A stretch of DNA of 64,000 bases from Eledone cirrhosa (GCA_964016885.1 OZ024751.1:30070001-30134000), one strand, 5' to 3'; positions 14,568 to 28,849 are shown, numbered from the stretch's first letter. Numbers and translations are program-made. Notes: generated by a model not told the origin, from the sequence alone.

Positions 14568-14851
14568 AGCTATCTACTGTCATGCAATTATTTGAAGCTA
14601 AATATCAAATTAAGCTACATGTGTGTCTACATATCTCTGTTTGCCTGTGTATATATGTGTCTACATATCTCTGTGTGCCTGTGTATATATGTCTGTATAT
14701 GTGTGTGTGCAATATATTTAGAATTCATAATCATTTATATAAAATGCAATTGACTTCCTTTGTTTTTGTATTTGCTGTTGTTTTTATTGTTTTGTATACT
14801 ACATTATTATATATTTCATAGTTTTCTTTCCCTTCTCTTAACATACACAAT

Positions 14852-14900
<49 letters not shown>

Positions 14901-14908
<8 letters not shown>

Positions 14909-15436
14909 TAAAATAACAGATTAAAGTTTAAGCAAAGAATTGCTGCTTTCACCCTTAACAGGATCTTCTGAAACTAAAAAAAAAGTCAATCGGTGAATGC
15001 AGAAGTAAATATTTCGAAAAACGTTGCAACCGAAGGAAGACAGGAAGACGATACTTCATGGAAACGTTCCCTGGCAAAGAACGGAAAAATACCGAAGATA
15101 ATACGTCATTATTTGCGTGTAATTGTTTTCACCGCTCCAAATAATAACGTATTATTTTCGTTTTTTTCCGTTCTTTCCCAGGGAACGTTTCTACGAACCA
15201 AAGTATCGTCTTCCTGTCTTCATTCGGTTGCAACGTTTTTCGAAATATTTACTTCTACGTTCACAGATTGATTTTTTTTAGTTTCAGAAGATCCCGTTAA
15301 GGGTGAAAGCAGTGATTCTTTGCTTAAACTTTAATCTGTTATTTTAATAAATATTTGCTCAATGGTTCTTATATATTTGATATATATTTATCCTTATCGA
15401 GCCCTCTTTGGATTTTAGTCTTCAAATTTATTATTA

Positions 15437-15440
<4 letters not shown>
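14901..15440. mobile_element. Long fold-back element (arms about 220 bp, 14901-15354) plus a unique tail, inside (TA)n
   Basis: ATATTTATTAAAATAACAGATTAAAGTTTAAGC... pairs with ...GCTTAAACTTTAATCTGTTATTTTAATAAATAT; loop near 15120-15131. Confidence 0.85.
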
Positions 15441-15489
<49 letters not shown>

Positions 15490-15719
15490 CTATAAAGAAC
15501 TACCACATACACATACACAAACACACATACATATTGTTACATAACTGTGACCTTCACCACATACACAAACATATACACATATACATATACATAAACAATT
15601 ATGACCATCACTGCAGACACAAACATACACACACACATACATACTCATAAACATCTGCAACTATCACCACATACACAAACATACATATATATACTTAACT
15701 TGCATACAGCATGTATGTA

Positions 15720-15763
<44 letters not shown>

Positions 15764-15812
15764 TATACAATTGACATTAAATAAATGGAAACTATATTTA
15801 TAAAACCATATT

Positions 15813-15874
15813 TATTCTATTATATATATTTCAAGGGTACCAAAATGTTTGGTACGCTATCATCAGATAAAATA
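15813..15874 (-). ncRNA. Type I hammerhead ribozyme motif, family B, antisense to WDR4
   Basis: Near-exact reverse complement of the 15961-16022 motif, with CTGATGA and GAAA cores intact. Confidence 0.75.
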
Positions 15875-15960
15875 CAAAATGTTTTATAAATATTTGACAT
15901 GACCAAGGATAATATACCTTAACGGTTCAAGTTATCCCTGGAAAGTATTTATCTGATTTG

Positions 15961-16022
15961 TATTTTATCTGATGATAGCGTACCAAAACATTTGGTACCC
16001 TTGAAATATATATAATAGAATA
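15961..16022 (+). ncRNA. Type I hammerhead ribozyme motif, family B, sense within a WDR4 intron
   Basis: Stem I TATTTTAT/ATAGAATA; CTGATGA; stem II GTACCAAA-ACA-TTTGGTAC; GAA; palindromic stem III ATATATAT; cleavage triplet AUA. Confidence 0.78.
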
Positions 16023-16155
16023 AATATGGTTTTATAAATATAGTTTCCATTTATTTAATATCAATTGAATACTTACTCCAGAAAATCTGTCGAGTGCTTT
16101 GAATCAGTTGTAAACATCTATATTTGTTGGATTTCCAACAAATTTAATATCTCTT

Positions 16156-16250
<95 letters not shown>

Positions 16251-17165
16251 CATACACACACACACATATACATATACATAATTCTCCGAAAAAATAAATA
16301 ATGGTAAATTCTTTTACCTCTATAATTGCAAGAACTTTTCCTAAAATGCCTTAGAAAAAATTGTGATATACCATTTTTCTTGGCAGGAGAGCACAATATG
16401 CAACAGACCATTTCATGTGCGACAGACCATTTCAGGTGCAACAGACCATATCATGTGCCATAGACCATATCATTGACTTCGAGTTGCAGTTGGTAGAATA
16501 TAAGAATAAATAGTTATTTAAATCAAATTCCTGAAGAAAGAAACATTTGAATTTTGCCAAAACTATTTTCTTTGTTCCTTTCATCTACCAAATTCTTTGA
16601 CACAACCTCGAATTTCTTTGAAAGTTTTGGTCATCATAATCGTCATCATCATCATCATCTTTATCATCATCATCATCATCATCAAAATCTTCATCATCAT
16701 GATCATCATCAAAATCTTCATCATCTTCTTCATCATCATCATCATCATCATCTTCATTTATCATCATTTTTTATGTTTGTTTTCTGCATTGACATAAGTT
16801 GGACAGGTCATTGTGGTCACAGACTAAACAGGCTGCAGAATCAAGTCTTGCACATACTGTCCATTTTTGGTGTGGTTTCAATGGATGGGTGTTGTTTTTA
16901 ACACCAACCACTTTTACAGAGCGTGTTGCATGCATTTTATCATGGCACCAGTGCTACGACTTTACAGAGTGTTACTGGGTCCATTTTTTTATGGCAATTG
17001 CACTACTACTTTACAGAGTGTTCTGGTGCCAAACTGAACACAGTTTCCATCCCATTTCAATGTCCTCAATTTGCTGATGGAGTTCTCTGACTTTCAATGT
17101 TATAGTATCCACAAACAGATTTAAAACTATAGAATACAGAAATAATATTTTTTTGTTTTTTGCAG

Positions 17166-17370
17166 ATCTCCAGTTGTTCAGTTGTACAAAGTGACCAGTG
17201 AGGAGGAATCCTTCTCCATTAACCTTCGTGATTCTCATGAACTGCCTTGTGTACCCTGGGATATCCAGTTTGGACCAGATTCTTCTATTTGGATACTACT
17301 CCCATTACAAGAAAAGCCTCTCGCTATCTTTAACTATCTTCCTCAAGATGGTGGTACTGATATTTTCAAG
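17166..17370 (+). CDS. WDR4: WDR4-like internal coding exon (SPVVQLYKV...VPWDIQFGPDSSIWILLPLQEKPL...IFK)
   Basis: TTTTGCAG acceptor, AAG/GTATTT donor; AG+A gives Arg across the junction; resembles WDR4 [30 protein letters not shown]. Confidence 0.88.
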
Positions 17371-17773
17371 GTATTTATTTCTATTATAATAGGTAAAGTA
17401 TATACATACACATATAAATATATATATGTGTGTATATATATAAATATATATATATTATTTATTTATGTTTATACATGGGGTAAAGATACTACCTAAGGTT
17501 TCCAGTCCCAAATTTGACTATACCTCCAGAAAACAAGAGACATCAAAATAGTGACCTTCCTTCAGGGGCTAATATGAATTTATAAGATACCTCTAAAAGT
17601 AAATTTTGCTAAGAACACATGTTTACAAAAGGTAACATCATAAAATAAAGAGAAATAACTCCCTGATGTAAATATGAGTCATGAGATTAACCATATGTTT
17701 GTGTTCGTATAAAACCCTTACCAATAATAGCAAAATGTTGGAAAAGCAAACATAAAAATGATACTAATATTAA

Positions 17774-17979
17774 CCCTTTAGCATTTAAACCGGTCATATT
17801 CAGCCAGAATTTTCTCACCTCTTTCTGTTCAAACTAGCTGTAACTGACCACCCATACTGACATTAAGGTATTGTTCTCAAAATAAATAATATCAAAATCA
17901 TAGATTCGATATTATGTGAGGTAAAGCCTTTACCACAAAAATAAAATAGTAAATATAGAGTAATGTAAATGCTAAAGGG
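17774..17979. mobile_element. piggyBac-type MITE
   Basis: TTAA target duplication, TIR CCCTTTAGCATTTA...TAAATGCTAAAGGG; three copies in the window. Confidence 0.85.
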
Positions 17980-18443
17980 TTAAACTTAGCAGAAAACTTT
18001 TCATTTTTGGGAACTATTTCTGCTACTTTTTATAAGATAGATCAGTCAACCTTGTGGAACTATAGACACCTCTCTTGAGTATGAAAGAGGAAATAGAGGG
18101 GAATAGATGGACGGACGGACAGACAGACAGAGAAACAGGCAGCCTTTAGTAATTATAGTGTGAGTCATAGAATAAATATGTATGTTTTGGTAACTGCGAC
18201 ACACCAAACTACTTTGTCTTGTTCATAGGGTGACCAATTCCAGATTCTAAAACCATTCTTTATAACATCACAATATTAATGAATTAAGAACCTTCTATGA
18301 GAGATTTCTGTTGTACCGTCTCTATATACATCTGTTAATCTGTAAGGGGAAGGGGCATGTATGTGTACATGCAAGTGTGTGCATGTATACATGTGTGTGC
18401 ATATACATGTGTGTATGAATGCATGTCTGTATTTATAGGCATG

Positions 18444-18499
<56 letters not shown>

Positions 18500-18569
18500 C
18501 AGGTCCATTCTAACATGTAATCTACAGCTGAGACCTGAGGTGATCATCACACTTAATCTGTTAGCATTA

Positions 18570-19155
18570 GCTTCATCATCATCATCATCACTACCATCAT
18601 TATCATCATCATTATCATTATCATCATCATCATCATAATTATCATCATCATCACCATCATCATCATCAATATCACCATCATCCCAATCATCATCAATATC
18701 ATCATCATCATCACCATTGTCATCATTATCATCATCATCATCATCATCAGTGCCATCAATACCACCATCAACATCATTGTCATCCTCCTCCACCTCATCA
18801 TCATCACCATCATCATTAACACTGCCATCCCCATCACCACCACTAGCATCACAATCCTCCTTATTACCACCACCACCACCAATATCACCACCATCATCAT
18901 CTTCACCACCACCATCATCATCTTCACCACCACCAATATCACCACCATCATCATCTCCACCATCTTCACCACCACCATCACCACCATCACCACCACCACC
19001 ACCAATATCACCACCACCATCATCTTCACCACCACCACCACCAATATCACCACCATCATCACCTTCACCACCACCATCACCACCATCATCACCACCATCA
19101 TCACCTTCACCACCACCATCACCACCATCATCACCACCACCATCACCATCATCAA
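18570..19155. repeat. (CAT/CAC)n microsatellite
   Basis: Triplet runs. Confidence 0.95.
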
Positions 19156-19815
19156 TGAATCCAATTCAAATGAAATTCTAACTATCACATCAAAATAAAT
19201 AAATAAAACAAAATGTAAACCAAAAAAATTTTTTTTTTTAAATAAACAAAAGATAGAATTTTAAAAAATATCAAAACAAAGATTTCCCCCTCCATGAAAT
19301 TCTCCCAGGTTTAAAAAAAAAAAAAAGACTCCCTCTCTCCCCTCCTGCACAAAAAAAAATGGTACCTTCCAGACAATGGGATCAGCAGTCATTTATTGAG
19401 AGACTTCGCCTTGTCTGTAAATATACAACTGTAAAGAATTTCTTAATTTCTTAACATAATTATTGTCCTATCTTAACGAGAAATTTACAACAGTCTACAA
19501 AAGAGACCGATGTGTAAATGTATATATATATATATATATATGTGTGTATATGTATATATATATGTGTGTGTGTATATGTATATATATATATGTGTGTGTA
19601 TATGTATATATATATATGTGTGTGTATATGTATATATATATGTGTGTGTATATGTATATATATATGTGTGTGTGTATATGTATATATATATGTGTGTGTG
19701 TATATGTATATATATATATGTGTGTGTATATGTATATATATATATGTGTGTGTGTATAGTGAAAAAGTGTGGACTTCAGAAAACATTCTACACAGATCAT
19801 GTTATATGAAGAAAA

Positions 19816-19856
<41 letters not shown>

Positions 19857-19871
19857 AAATATATATATATA

Positions 19872-19953
<82 letters not shown>

Positions 19954-20470
19954 TATGTATATATATATATATGCAGACAAATTTTTTCTTCTCTCTCTGT
20001 CTTGTAATTTCTCGTTTAACAAAAATTAACCCCAGCCACAACCAACATACACACAAAAAAGTTTTTTTTTTCAAAACACAAAAAAATATGTCTATACCCA
20101 TATATGGTAATGGAGTGGATCTGTCTGTTTATATAATTAATTATAATTCACAGATCATATACAAGTTTCTGTTAAGTTTATGATGCAACAGAGATGATGT
20201 GGCTGTATAGGGCTAATTAAATTGGAAAAGACCAAGGTGGCTTTAAAAAAATGATGATAATGATGATGTTGATGAGGAGGAGGAAGAGAAGATTTAATTA
20301 AATTCTTGTAGAGAAGGTGGAGGAGAGGAGTGGGGAATGTTGGTTGGCACAAAGAAGAGCCTTGATTTGATTAGGGTGGATTAGGCTGTTTAATTAAATT
20401 CAGAAAAGGGGACAAAACATGATGAATATATTAAATTAATTGAGAACCATGACAGAGTCAGATACTAGAC

Positions 20471-20557
<87 letters not shown>

Positions 20558-20569
20558 GCCTGTGTGTGT

Positions 20570-20765
20570 AGGCAGTCATTAGAACATTTTATATTCATTC
20601 CGGGTCTCTGAGTTTTTAGTTCATATCCTGCTAAAGTCTAACTATGCCCTCCATCCTTTCAATGTCACCAAAATAAAGTCCCAGTCATGGACTAGGTAGG
20701 GTTGATGTAATCGACTTTCCTGGCTCCATTAATTGTTGGTCTAGTGTCTTAATCAGAAATTGTTA
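20570..20765 (+). mobile_element. Degenerate tRNA-derived SINE
   Basis: AGTTCATATCC B-box-like motif, CCATCCTTTC...AAAATAAAGTCCCAGT...GGTTGATGTAATCGACT shared with 39600, 40175, 61260 and 63050. Confidence 0.65.
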
Positions 20766-21308
20766 ATATATTTATTAATGCTACCATGGAAAACAGGCGT
20801 TAAAAGAAAATGATATACAGAGTGGTTACAAAAATTAGATATCATTTGAGAGGTAAATATCCCAGAAACTACCAAGTCTAGGACAACGAGACTGAGCAGG
20901 TTTAATGTTGAACAACATAAGATTTATTCCTCAAAATTTGTCAACATTATAACACTAATTCACAATATTATAAGTGATGTATTGTCATATAACAGAGCAA
21001 AAAGATAGGTTTATATATTCCTGCTTACCATTACTGGAGATCTGCAAGAATTTCATGAAATTTGTCCTTCTAACTGTTTAACCTATAAAAATGACAATTG
21101 TGTGTCCACGTGTGTGTACACATTTCTTCTACTACATATTTCATTATCTACACATACACACATACAAATGAACACAAACACATAACTATACACACATACA
21201 CACACTCACACACACATATCATCAAAATATTCAGTAAGGCTCTTTCCTCCCTCTGGTGTTATGCAAGTGTTCAAGCATTCCATTGTGAAATATGCAATGG
21301 TATCAGGC

Positions 21309-21346
<38 letters not shown>

Positions 21347-21964
21347 TTGTATTTGTGTATCTGTATGTAATATGTGTATATATATCATCATCATCACATT
21401 TAAGATGATTTTTCTGCTAGCAATGGTTGATTATATGTGTATATATATATATATATACACACACACACATATATATATACAGTTATTCACATATCTATAT
21501 GCATGTGTGTATATATATATATATGAGGAAGAAAAATGTGATTCTGAAATCAGATAACTAATCAATAGATCAATAATTATTTATTGATAACTTGACACAT
21601 TCCATAATGGAAAGAACAACTACATGAAAATAATTAATAAATTAACAAACAGGTAGATAATATCCAGTCATTAAATTGCCGTATAACACCTTTCGGTTAA
21701 ACTAATTTTTAATTAGTTTAAATAGTGTTTTTTACCTTGTTTTACTTTCAATTTCTTTCCTCTGTTTAATCATTCAATTATCATTAAGAACAGATCAATG
21801 GTAATAATTCTACAGATATAGTTCTTGGAATTCTCCAGAAGCTATTGATTTGGGGAAACTTTTTGCCTTAGCCATTACAATATCTTGGTGCTAGATTCCT
21901 GGACGTAAGCAAATGTTGGAATAACTATATTTCTTTCCCTTATCTCAAGTTACAGATCAGCAAT

Positions 21965-22700
21965 TTTGGCAGAGCTGTTAGAGTATTGAATTAAATGTTT
22001 TGACTTATTTACATTCTGAGATCAAATCCCTCCAAGAACAATGCCAAACTGTCCTTTTCCTCCTTTCAAGGTTGATAAATAGAATACCAATCGAGTGGGT
22101 GAGATTGGTGGTGGAATTGTTACAGACTTAAACTATTTGTTCTGACTCAATGTAATCTGAGTTCAAATCCTTATGCTTCTAAGATCAATGTCAAATTGTG
22201 CTTTTCCTGCTCCTTTCTAGGTTGATAAATACAGTACCAATTCATTAGGTGGAGATTGGTGGTGAAGTTGTTAGAGAGTCAAATGTGATCCTTTGCGGTA
22301 TTTGATCTGGCTCAAAGCTGTCTCTACAATACCAATCTTGTGGGGTTGGGATTGGTGGTAGAATTGTTAAAGACTCAAACGTGATGACTTATAGTATTTG
22401 ATCTGGCTCAGAGGGTCAACTAAAGAGCTCATAGGCTGACCAAGACACTCTCATGGAATGACCAAATGGGGTTTATTTTTCAACATAGTCCCTGGAAAGA
22501 AACAATACGGTTATTAATAACAAGAGTTGAAATTAATACATGCAAGGTTTCACAGCTCTAGCATCACTCCTTCATAGTTAGACTATGAGCTTTGCAGCCT
22601 ACCCTTGACAGTACCAGTCCAGTGAGTAGGAATTTATGGTGTGTTGTTAGGGACTTAAATGAGATACTTTACAGTATTTGATCTGGCTCAGAGCTATCTC
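21965..22700 (+). mobile_element. Cluster of tandem degenerate SINE fragments
   Basis: Recurrent GATTGGTGGT..AATTGTTA, GAGTTCAAATCC, GGTTGATAAATA..TACCA and TTTGATCTGGCTCA motifs. Confidence 0.6.
22411..22607. mobile_element. Mariner-type MITE inserted in the SINE cluster
   Basis: Imperfect TIRs GAGGGTCAACTAAAGAGCTCATAGGCTGAC and GTTAGACTATGAGCTTTGCAGCCTACCCTT. Confidence 0.55.
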
Positions 22701-23637
22701 AGTTTAAGTTTTATTTACTGAAACAGACTGATAGTATCAACACGAAAAAGATGAATAAAACCAATGCTTCCTTGGTCTGATCTGATGATGATCAGCCATT
22801 ATGCCTTTTTCTTGTTTCAATTTGTAGATCTAGTTTTGGAGCTTGAGTATATGAGAAACTTCGAGTTAATATTTAGAATAGGTGCAGGTGTGGTTATGTG
22901 GTTAAGGATGGTTGTGTGGTTGAAGGCGAATGTGTGTGTGTGTGAGGAGATATATACATGAGTATGTATGACTATATAGCATTGTGGAAGTATATTTTTG
23001 AACATATGTGAACCAGTGAATCTGGGTATATATGTATATATGTGTATAATATATTCATGTATCTATATGCATCTCTTCTTGTGTGTTTAAGTATGTATAT
23101 GTGTGTGTGTGTGTATAAGTAATTGAGTTTATCTGTAGGTGTAGTTGCGTTTACATGTTTTTTTTTTTGTCTATATGTGGGATTATGTATATATGCATCT
23201 GTGTATGCATTATACATATATGTACATGCGTGTGTCTATGCATATGTGCATATATGTACATGCATGTGGGTGCATGTATGTGTACATGTACATTATATAT
23301 ATATATGTGTGTGTGTTTGTATGTATGTATGCATGTGTGCATATTCATGTATGTGAATGTCTATATATATATATATGTGTGTATGTATGTGTGTACATGC
23401 AAGCCTGTATGTGTTTGTGTATGTATGTAATATCACTATATAACAATATCATATACAAAGAAACCAATGTATTTTAGCCAAGAGTAGCCTTAAGTCATTT
23501 GTTTAGAAGATCTTCTCTTCTCTCGTCTCTCATTGAACACTTGAAGAAGGTCTCCCTTTTAACATCTCTTACATCTTCCTTTCTTCTCTCTCTCTATTGC
23601 CAGCTTTTGACATCTATCTTTGTAATTACAATGACTG

Positions 23638-23668
<31 letters not shown>

Positions 23669-23748
23669 CAGGGTGTCCCCCAAAAATATATACACATATT
23701 TATTAGAATGGTATTGAAGTGTGTGTATATTTTTGAGGGACACCCCTA
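23669..23748. mobile_element. 80-bp Tc1/mariner-type MITE
   Basis: TA-flanked TIRs CAGGGTGTCCCCCAAAAATATATACACA and TGTGTATATTTTTGAGGGACACCCCT. Confidence 0.8.
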
Positions 23749-23810
23749 TACATATATATATTTATCATATATGGATAGATAGTTAGATAGATTGATATAT
23801 ATATTTATAT

Positions 23811-23849
<39 letters not shown>

Positions 23850-24333
23850 GTCTAGTAAGATATTCCCAGTAATCTGTTGCCATCAAGTGGGCCAAACGGA
23901 TATGGTGGTGGAGGTGATGGTGGTGGAGGTGGTGGTGGTGGAGGTGGTGGTGATGATGGTGGTGGAGGTGGTGGTGATGGTGGTGGAGGTGGAGGTGATG
24001 GTAGAGGTGACCTTCACAATTCAACTTTTTATATAGACTGAGTGGTGCAAGCAAGTGGTTTAGCTTGATGAATTGTCAGTAAATATATACAAATATATAA
24101 AATATATATACAAATATATATATATATATATACAAATATATATATATATATATATACAAATATATATATATATATATACAAATATATATATATATACAAA
24201 TATATATATATATACAAATATATATATATATATACAAATATATATATATATATATATACAAATATATATATATATACAAATATATATACATATATATATA
24301 CAAATATATATATATATATATATACAAATATAT

Positions 24334-24366
<33 letters not shown>

Positions 24367-24912
24367 CATCATCATCATCATCATCCTCGTTTAACGTCCA
24401 TCTTCCAGGCTAGCATGGGTTAGACGGGAGTTGTCCCACTTGAGGCAAGATTGATCGGGTGACCATGTCTCGCTCATATAGGACTATCTGGTGGGTTTTC
24501 TACGGCTGGATGCCCTTCCTAACACCAACCACATTTACAGTGTGGACTGGGAACTTTTTACCGTGTTACCTACACGGTCACGTTACAGCGTGGACTGTGT
24601 TTTTTTCTCGCGACACCTACACAATCTCGATCTCATTATCTCATTTATTTGGACTGGATGTTGTGGTACCAACTTTACAGAGAGGGGGAGGTGTTGGTGG
24701 GAGTGGGAGGATAGGGTAGGGGTAGTGGATTGGGTGTATATTTAGTTAAGAGGTGCCTACTGACTGTAGGTTTCGCTTTGTACATAGGTAAGGCGGGTCT
24801 TCTGTATTACTGCGTAGCGCCAAAGATCTCGGTTCAGTGACATTGTCTTAGAGAGGTGCAAGTGTGTAAGGTCGGAATTTATCAGATCGTCCCAGGTTTT
24901 TCTGAGTCTACT
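24367..24912 (-). mobile_element. 5'-truncated RTE-clade LINE (ORF C-terminus, 3' UTR and (GAT)n tail)
   Basis: RLRKTWDDLINSDL...RDLWRYAV peptide; closely similar to 43461-43946; TA runs on both sides. Confidence 0.88.
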
Positions 24913-24933
24913 TACTATATATATATATATATA

Positions 24934-25258
24934 AAACAACAAACAGCGAAAGACGCGTTCCGGACTTGTCCGACAGACAACCTTTTCCCCCACCCCGGAA
25001 AAAAACCCCAGTTGATGGATGTGAATCCGAAATATATAGGGACTATTAAATCTCTCCCAAGGTAACTCTCTCTTGTGTTGTTATTTTTATTTTAACCTTT
25101 ATACTCTTCCCTCATTCTACACATCTCACACATCTTATACACACCACGCATCTCAACGTACACCCAATTACATCTCTCTCTCCACCACCGGACCTTGTTA
25201 CCCGGAGATTTACCCATTTGCATTGTCGAGGCTTCCAAACGACTTAAAGATATTTACA
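24934..25258 (+). mobile_element. (TA)n-embedded element with a degenerate hammerhead at 25006-25041
   Basis: CCC-CAGTTGA-T-GGAT-GTGA-ATCC-GAA-ATATAT-A-GGG; two substitutions in the CUGAUGA core. Confidence 0.55.
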
Positions 25259-27649
25259 TATATATATATATATATATATACCCAGCTAAGATAGATATAT
25301 ACCATACTAGGTGTTGAAGTAGACACTGAACACCAAACACCATGTTGTTACTGACATATGTTTTAATTCAGGTGCTATTATGTCAGGTTATCAATTAAAT
25401 CTGCTTTGAGGCCTTTTGTTGAGTGAGAGAAGGGGTGTTTTGTTTTACTGTTGTAGCTGTTATTGTTGTTAGTGGTGGTGGTTTTATTGGTGGTCTTAAT
25501 AGAGGTGTTGTTGGTGCTATTGGTGGAGTTAATGGTGGTGTTGGTTGTGTTGTTGTTAGTGGTGGTGTTGGTTGTGTTGTTGTTAGTGGTGGTGTTGAAG
25601 ATTCTAGTGGTATTGTTGCAAAAGCTGGTGGTATGGGGGTTGTTAGTGGTCGTGGTTTTGTTGGTGTTAATTTTGATGTTAGTGGTGGTGTAATTACTGC
25701 TGGTGGTATTGTTGCTGTTGTTGTTGTTGGTGGTGGTGTGTTACTGCTGGTGGTATTGTTGCTGTTGTTGTTGTTGGTGGTGGTGTAATTACTGCTGGTG
25801 GTATTGTTGCTGTTGTTGTTGGTGGTGGTGATGTGTTACTGCTGGTGGTATTGTTGCTGTTGTTGTTGTTGGTGGTGGTGGTGTGTTACTGCTGGTGGTA
25901 TTGTTGCTGTTGTTGTTGTTGTTGGTGGTGGTGTGTTACTGCTGGTGGTATTGTTGCTGCTGTTGTTGTTGGTGTGTTACTGCTGGTGGTATTGTTGCTG
26001 TTGTTGTTGTTTGTGTTGGTGTTGTTGATGTTGGTGTTACTTTCTTGTTTCTGGCATTTTCCATTTCTCTTTATATTATTTCAAAAACCTGAGAATCTTC
26101 AGGCCCAGGTCATCAATTAAAAATGCCTTGGGACTTTTCTTTTTTTTTTCTCCTCTGCAGTTTTTTTTATTGCTGTTTTTATTGTTGTTGTTATTACTTT
26201 CTTTATTGTTGTTATTGTTGTTTGTGAGTTTTTTTTAATTCTAAAACACAAGAATCTTCAAGCCCTTTACTTTCATTGATATGAGAAGTTGTGAGGACAT
26301 TGTCATTGTCCTATAACAACACAAACATGAGAAAGTCATTTAGATAGAAAGAAAAGAAAAAAAAGAATAAATAAATGAATGAATAAATAAATAAGTTTTT
26401 TTTTTAACAAAAATGCACACACATACACACACTCATACATGCACTCACTCACACACACTTGTACATGCACTCACTCACACACACTTGTACATGCACTCAC
26501 TCACACACACTTGTACAGGTGCAGATACATACTGAAAAAGCATAAAAAACACAAAGCAAAAAGCAGAGAAAGAGCTCAGTTAAGTAGGTAGTGAAGAGGA
26601 TCTTCTATAACGACAATGGAGTCTGTGTGTGGTGGTGGTGGTGGTGGTGGTGGCGGTGGTGGTGGCAGCGGCGGCAGTGGTGGTGATGGTTGTTGGTGTG
26701 GTTGTGGTGGTGGTGGCGGTGGTGGCGGTGGTGGCGGTGATGGTTGTTGGTGTGGCGGCGGCGGTGGTGGTGGTGATGGTGGTGGTGGTGGTGGTTGGAT
26801 TGGTGATGCTGGTGGTAGTTTTGGATGGTAGCAGTGGTGATTGTGGTGGTAGTGTTGGTGGTTGGTGTAGTGATGGTGGTAGTGGTTGTGGTGGTCGGAG
26901 TGATGTTAGTAGTAGTGGTGGGGGTGGTGGTGGTGTGGTGGTAGCGGTGGTGATCGGAGTGGTAAAGGTGGTGTGATAGTGGTTGTGGTGGTCGGAGTGA
27001 TGTTAGTAGTGGTGGTGGTGGTGGTGGTTGGTGTGGTGGTAGCGGTGGTGGTAGCGGTGGTGTGGTAGTGGTGGTGGTGGTTGGAGTGGTAGTTGTGGTG
27101 AAAGCCCTCTATTGCACCATACCATATACACAACACAGCCAACATGGAACCTGGTTCACTGTATCATTTAAGAGAATTTTGTTGTTTTTGTTGTTGCTGC
27201 TGCTGTTGTTGTTGTTGTTGGTGGTTGTGGTATGATTATGGTTTTTAGGTTGCTGTTGTTGGTGTTATTGTTGTTGCAGTTGTTGGTATGGTTGTCATTG
27301 TGGTTTTCGTTGTTGTTGTGGGTGTTGTTGTGGATGTTGGTGTAGCTGTCATTGTTGATGTTGTTGTTGTTGGTGTTATTGTTGTTGTAGCTGTTGGTGT
27401 GGTTGTCATTGTGGTTGTTGTTGTTGTGGATGTTGGTGTGGTTTTCATTATTGTTGTTGTTGGTGATGTTATTGTGGTTTTCATTGTTGCTGTGCCTGTT
27501 GTTGCTGCTGTCATTGTTGTTGTTGTTATTGTTGTTGTTATTGTTGTTGTTGTTTATCCATCTCTCAACAGGTAGACAGTGAAAATTATGGACAAGTGGA
27601 ACTATTCCTTGTTCAACTCATTTCTGGCTCTAAAGACAATGATGCTTAT

Positions 27650-27897
27650 TGTCTGTCACTCTGTCTGTCTGCCTGTCTGTCACTCTGACTGTCTGTCTGT
27701 CTGTCACTCTGACTGTCTGTCTGTCTGTCACTCTGACTGTCTGTCTGCCTGTCTGTCACTCTGACTGTCTGTCTGTCTGTCACTCTGACTGTCTGTCTGT
27801 CTGTCACTCTGACTGTCTGTCTGCCTGTCTGTCACTCTGACTGTCTGTCTGTCTGTCACTCTGACTGTCTGTCTGCCTGTCACTCTGTCTGCCTGTC
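27650..27897. repeat. 24/28-bp minisatellite (CTGTCACTCTGACTGTCTGTCTGT)
   Basis: Direct periodicity. Confidence 0.92.
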
Positions 27898-28070
27898 AGT
27901 ATGCATGGCTGTAAGAATGTATATATACATATGTATATAGGTATATGTAAATATATATGAATGTGTACATTTAAATATGTGTATATGTATATATCTATAT
28001 ATGTGTGTGTGTATATATATACATATATATATATGTATGTATATATATATATGTATGAATATATATGTAT

Positions 28071-28119
<49 letters not shown>

Positions 28120-28274
28120 TGTGTGTGTGTATGTGTATATATATGATTGTGTGAGTCCATGCATGCTCATTTAACTATATTTGTAATTAATCTGGTGGGT
28201 TAGGTAAATATGTATGTACATACATACATTCATACATACATACATTCATACATTCATACATATACATACATACA

Positions 28275-28305
<31 letters not shown>

Positions 28306-28662
28306 TCTATTCATATTATTGCCTTTATGCTGTGTCATTTGTCATATAGCTTTATATTTGTTTCATTATGGTATATATATTTATATTGATATTCCAGTCC
28401 TACTATAAGACAAAACCAAAGTCCTCTTAGCTCTCTATGCTCCAAAAAGAACCTCTTCTAATCTAAATCTTTGATTCACCAATGAATTCATTACAAAGAA
28501 ACACACACAAAACCTCTTATTTTTTTCCCAATAAATAATCCAAGAAATTCTATTTACTTGTAACTTTTATTATTTGATGTGAAGAGTCTCAGTGTTGCGG
28601 TCAAGATGAACACCTAATCAAGTGGTGGATGTCACCTTTATCATATTTAAATAATAAACAAT

Positions 28663-28744
<82 letters not shown>

Positions 28745-28804
28745 GAATCACACACACATACACATATATATGTATATATGTAATTGTGTATATATATTTA
28801 TTTA

Positions 28805-28849
<45 letters not shown>

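Larger units (their letters stand above)
15768..16157. mobile_element. Inverted pair of hammerhead-bearing pLTR-like segments, family B, in (TA)n
   Basis: Arms 15768-15878 and 15957-16067 are reverse complements; the spacer is the reverse complement of about 42012-42072 of another copy. Confidence 0.85.
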
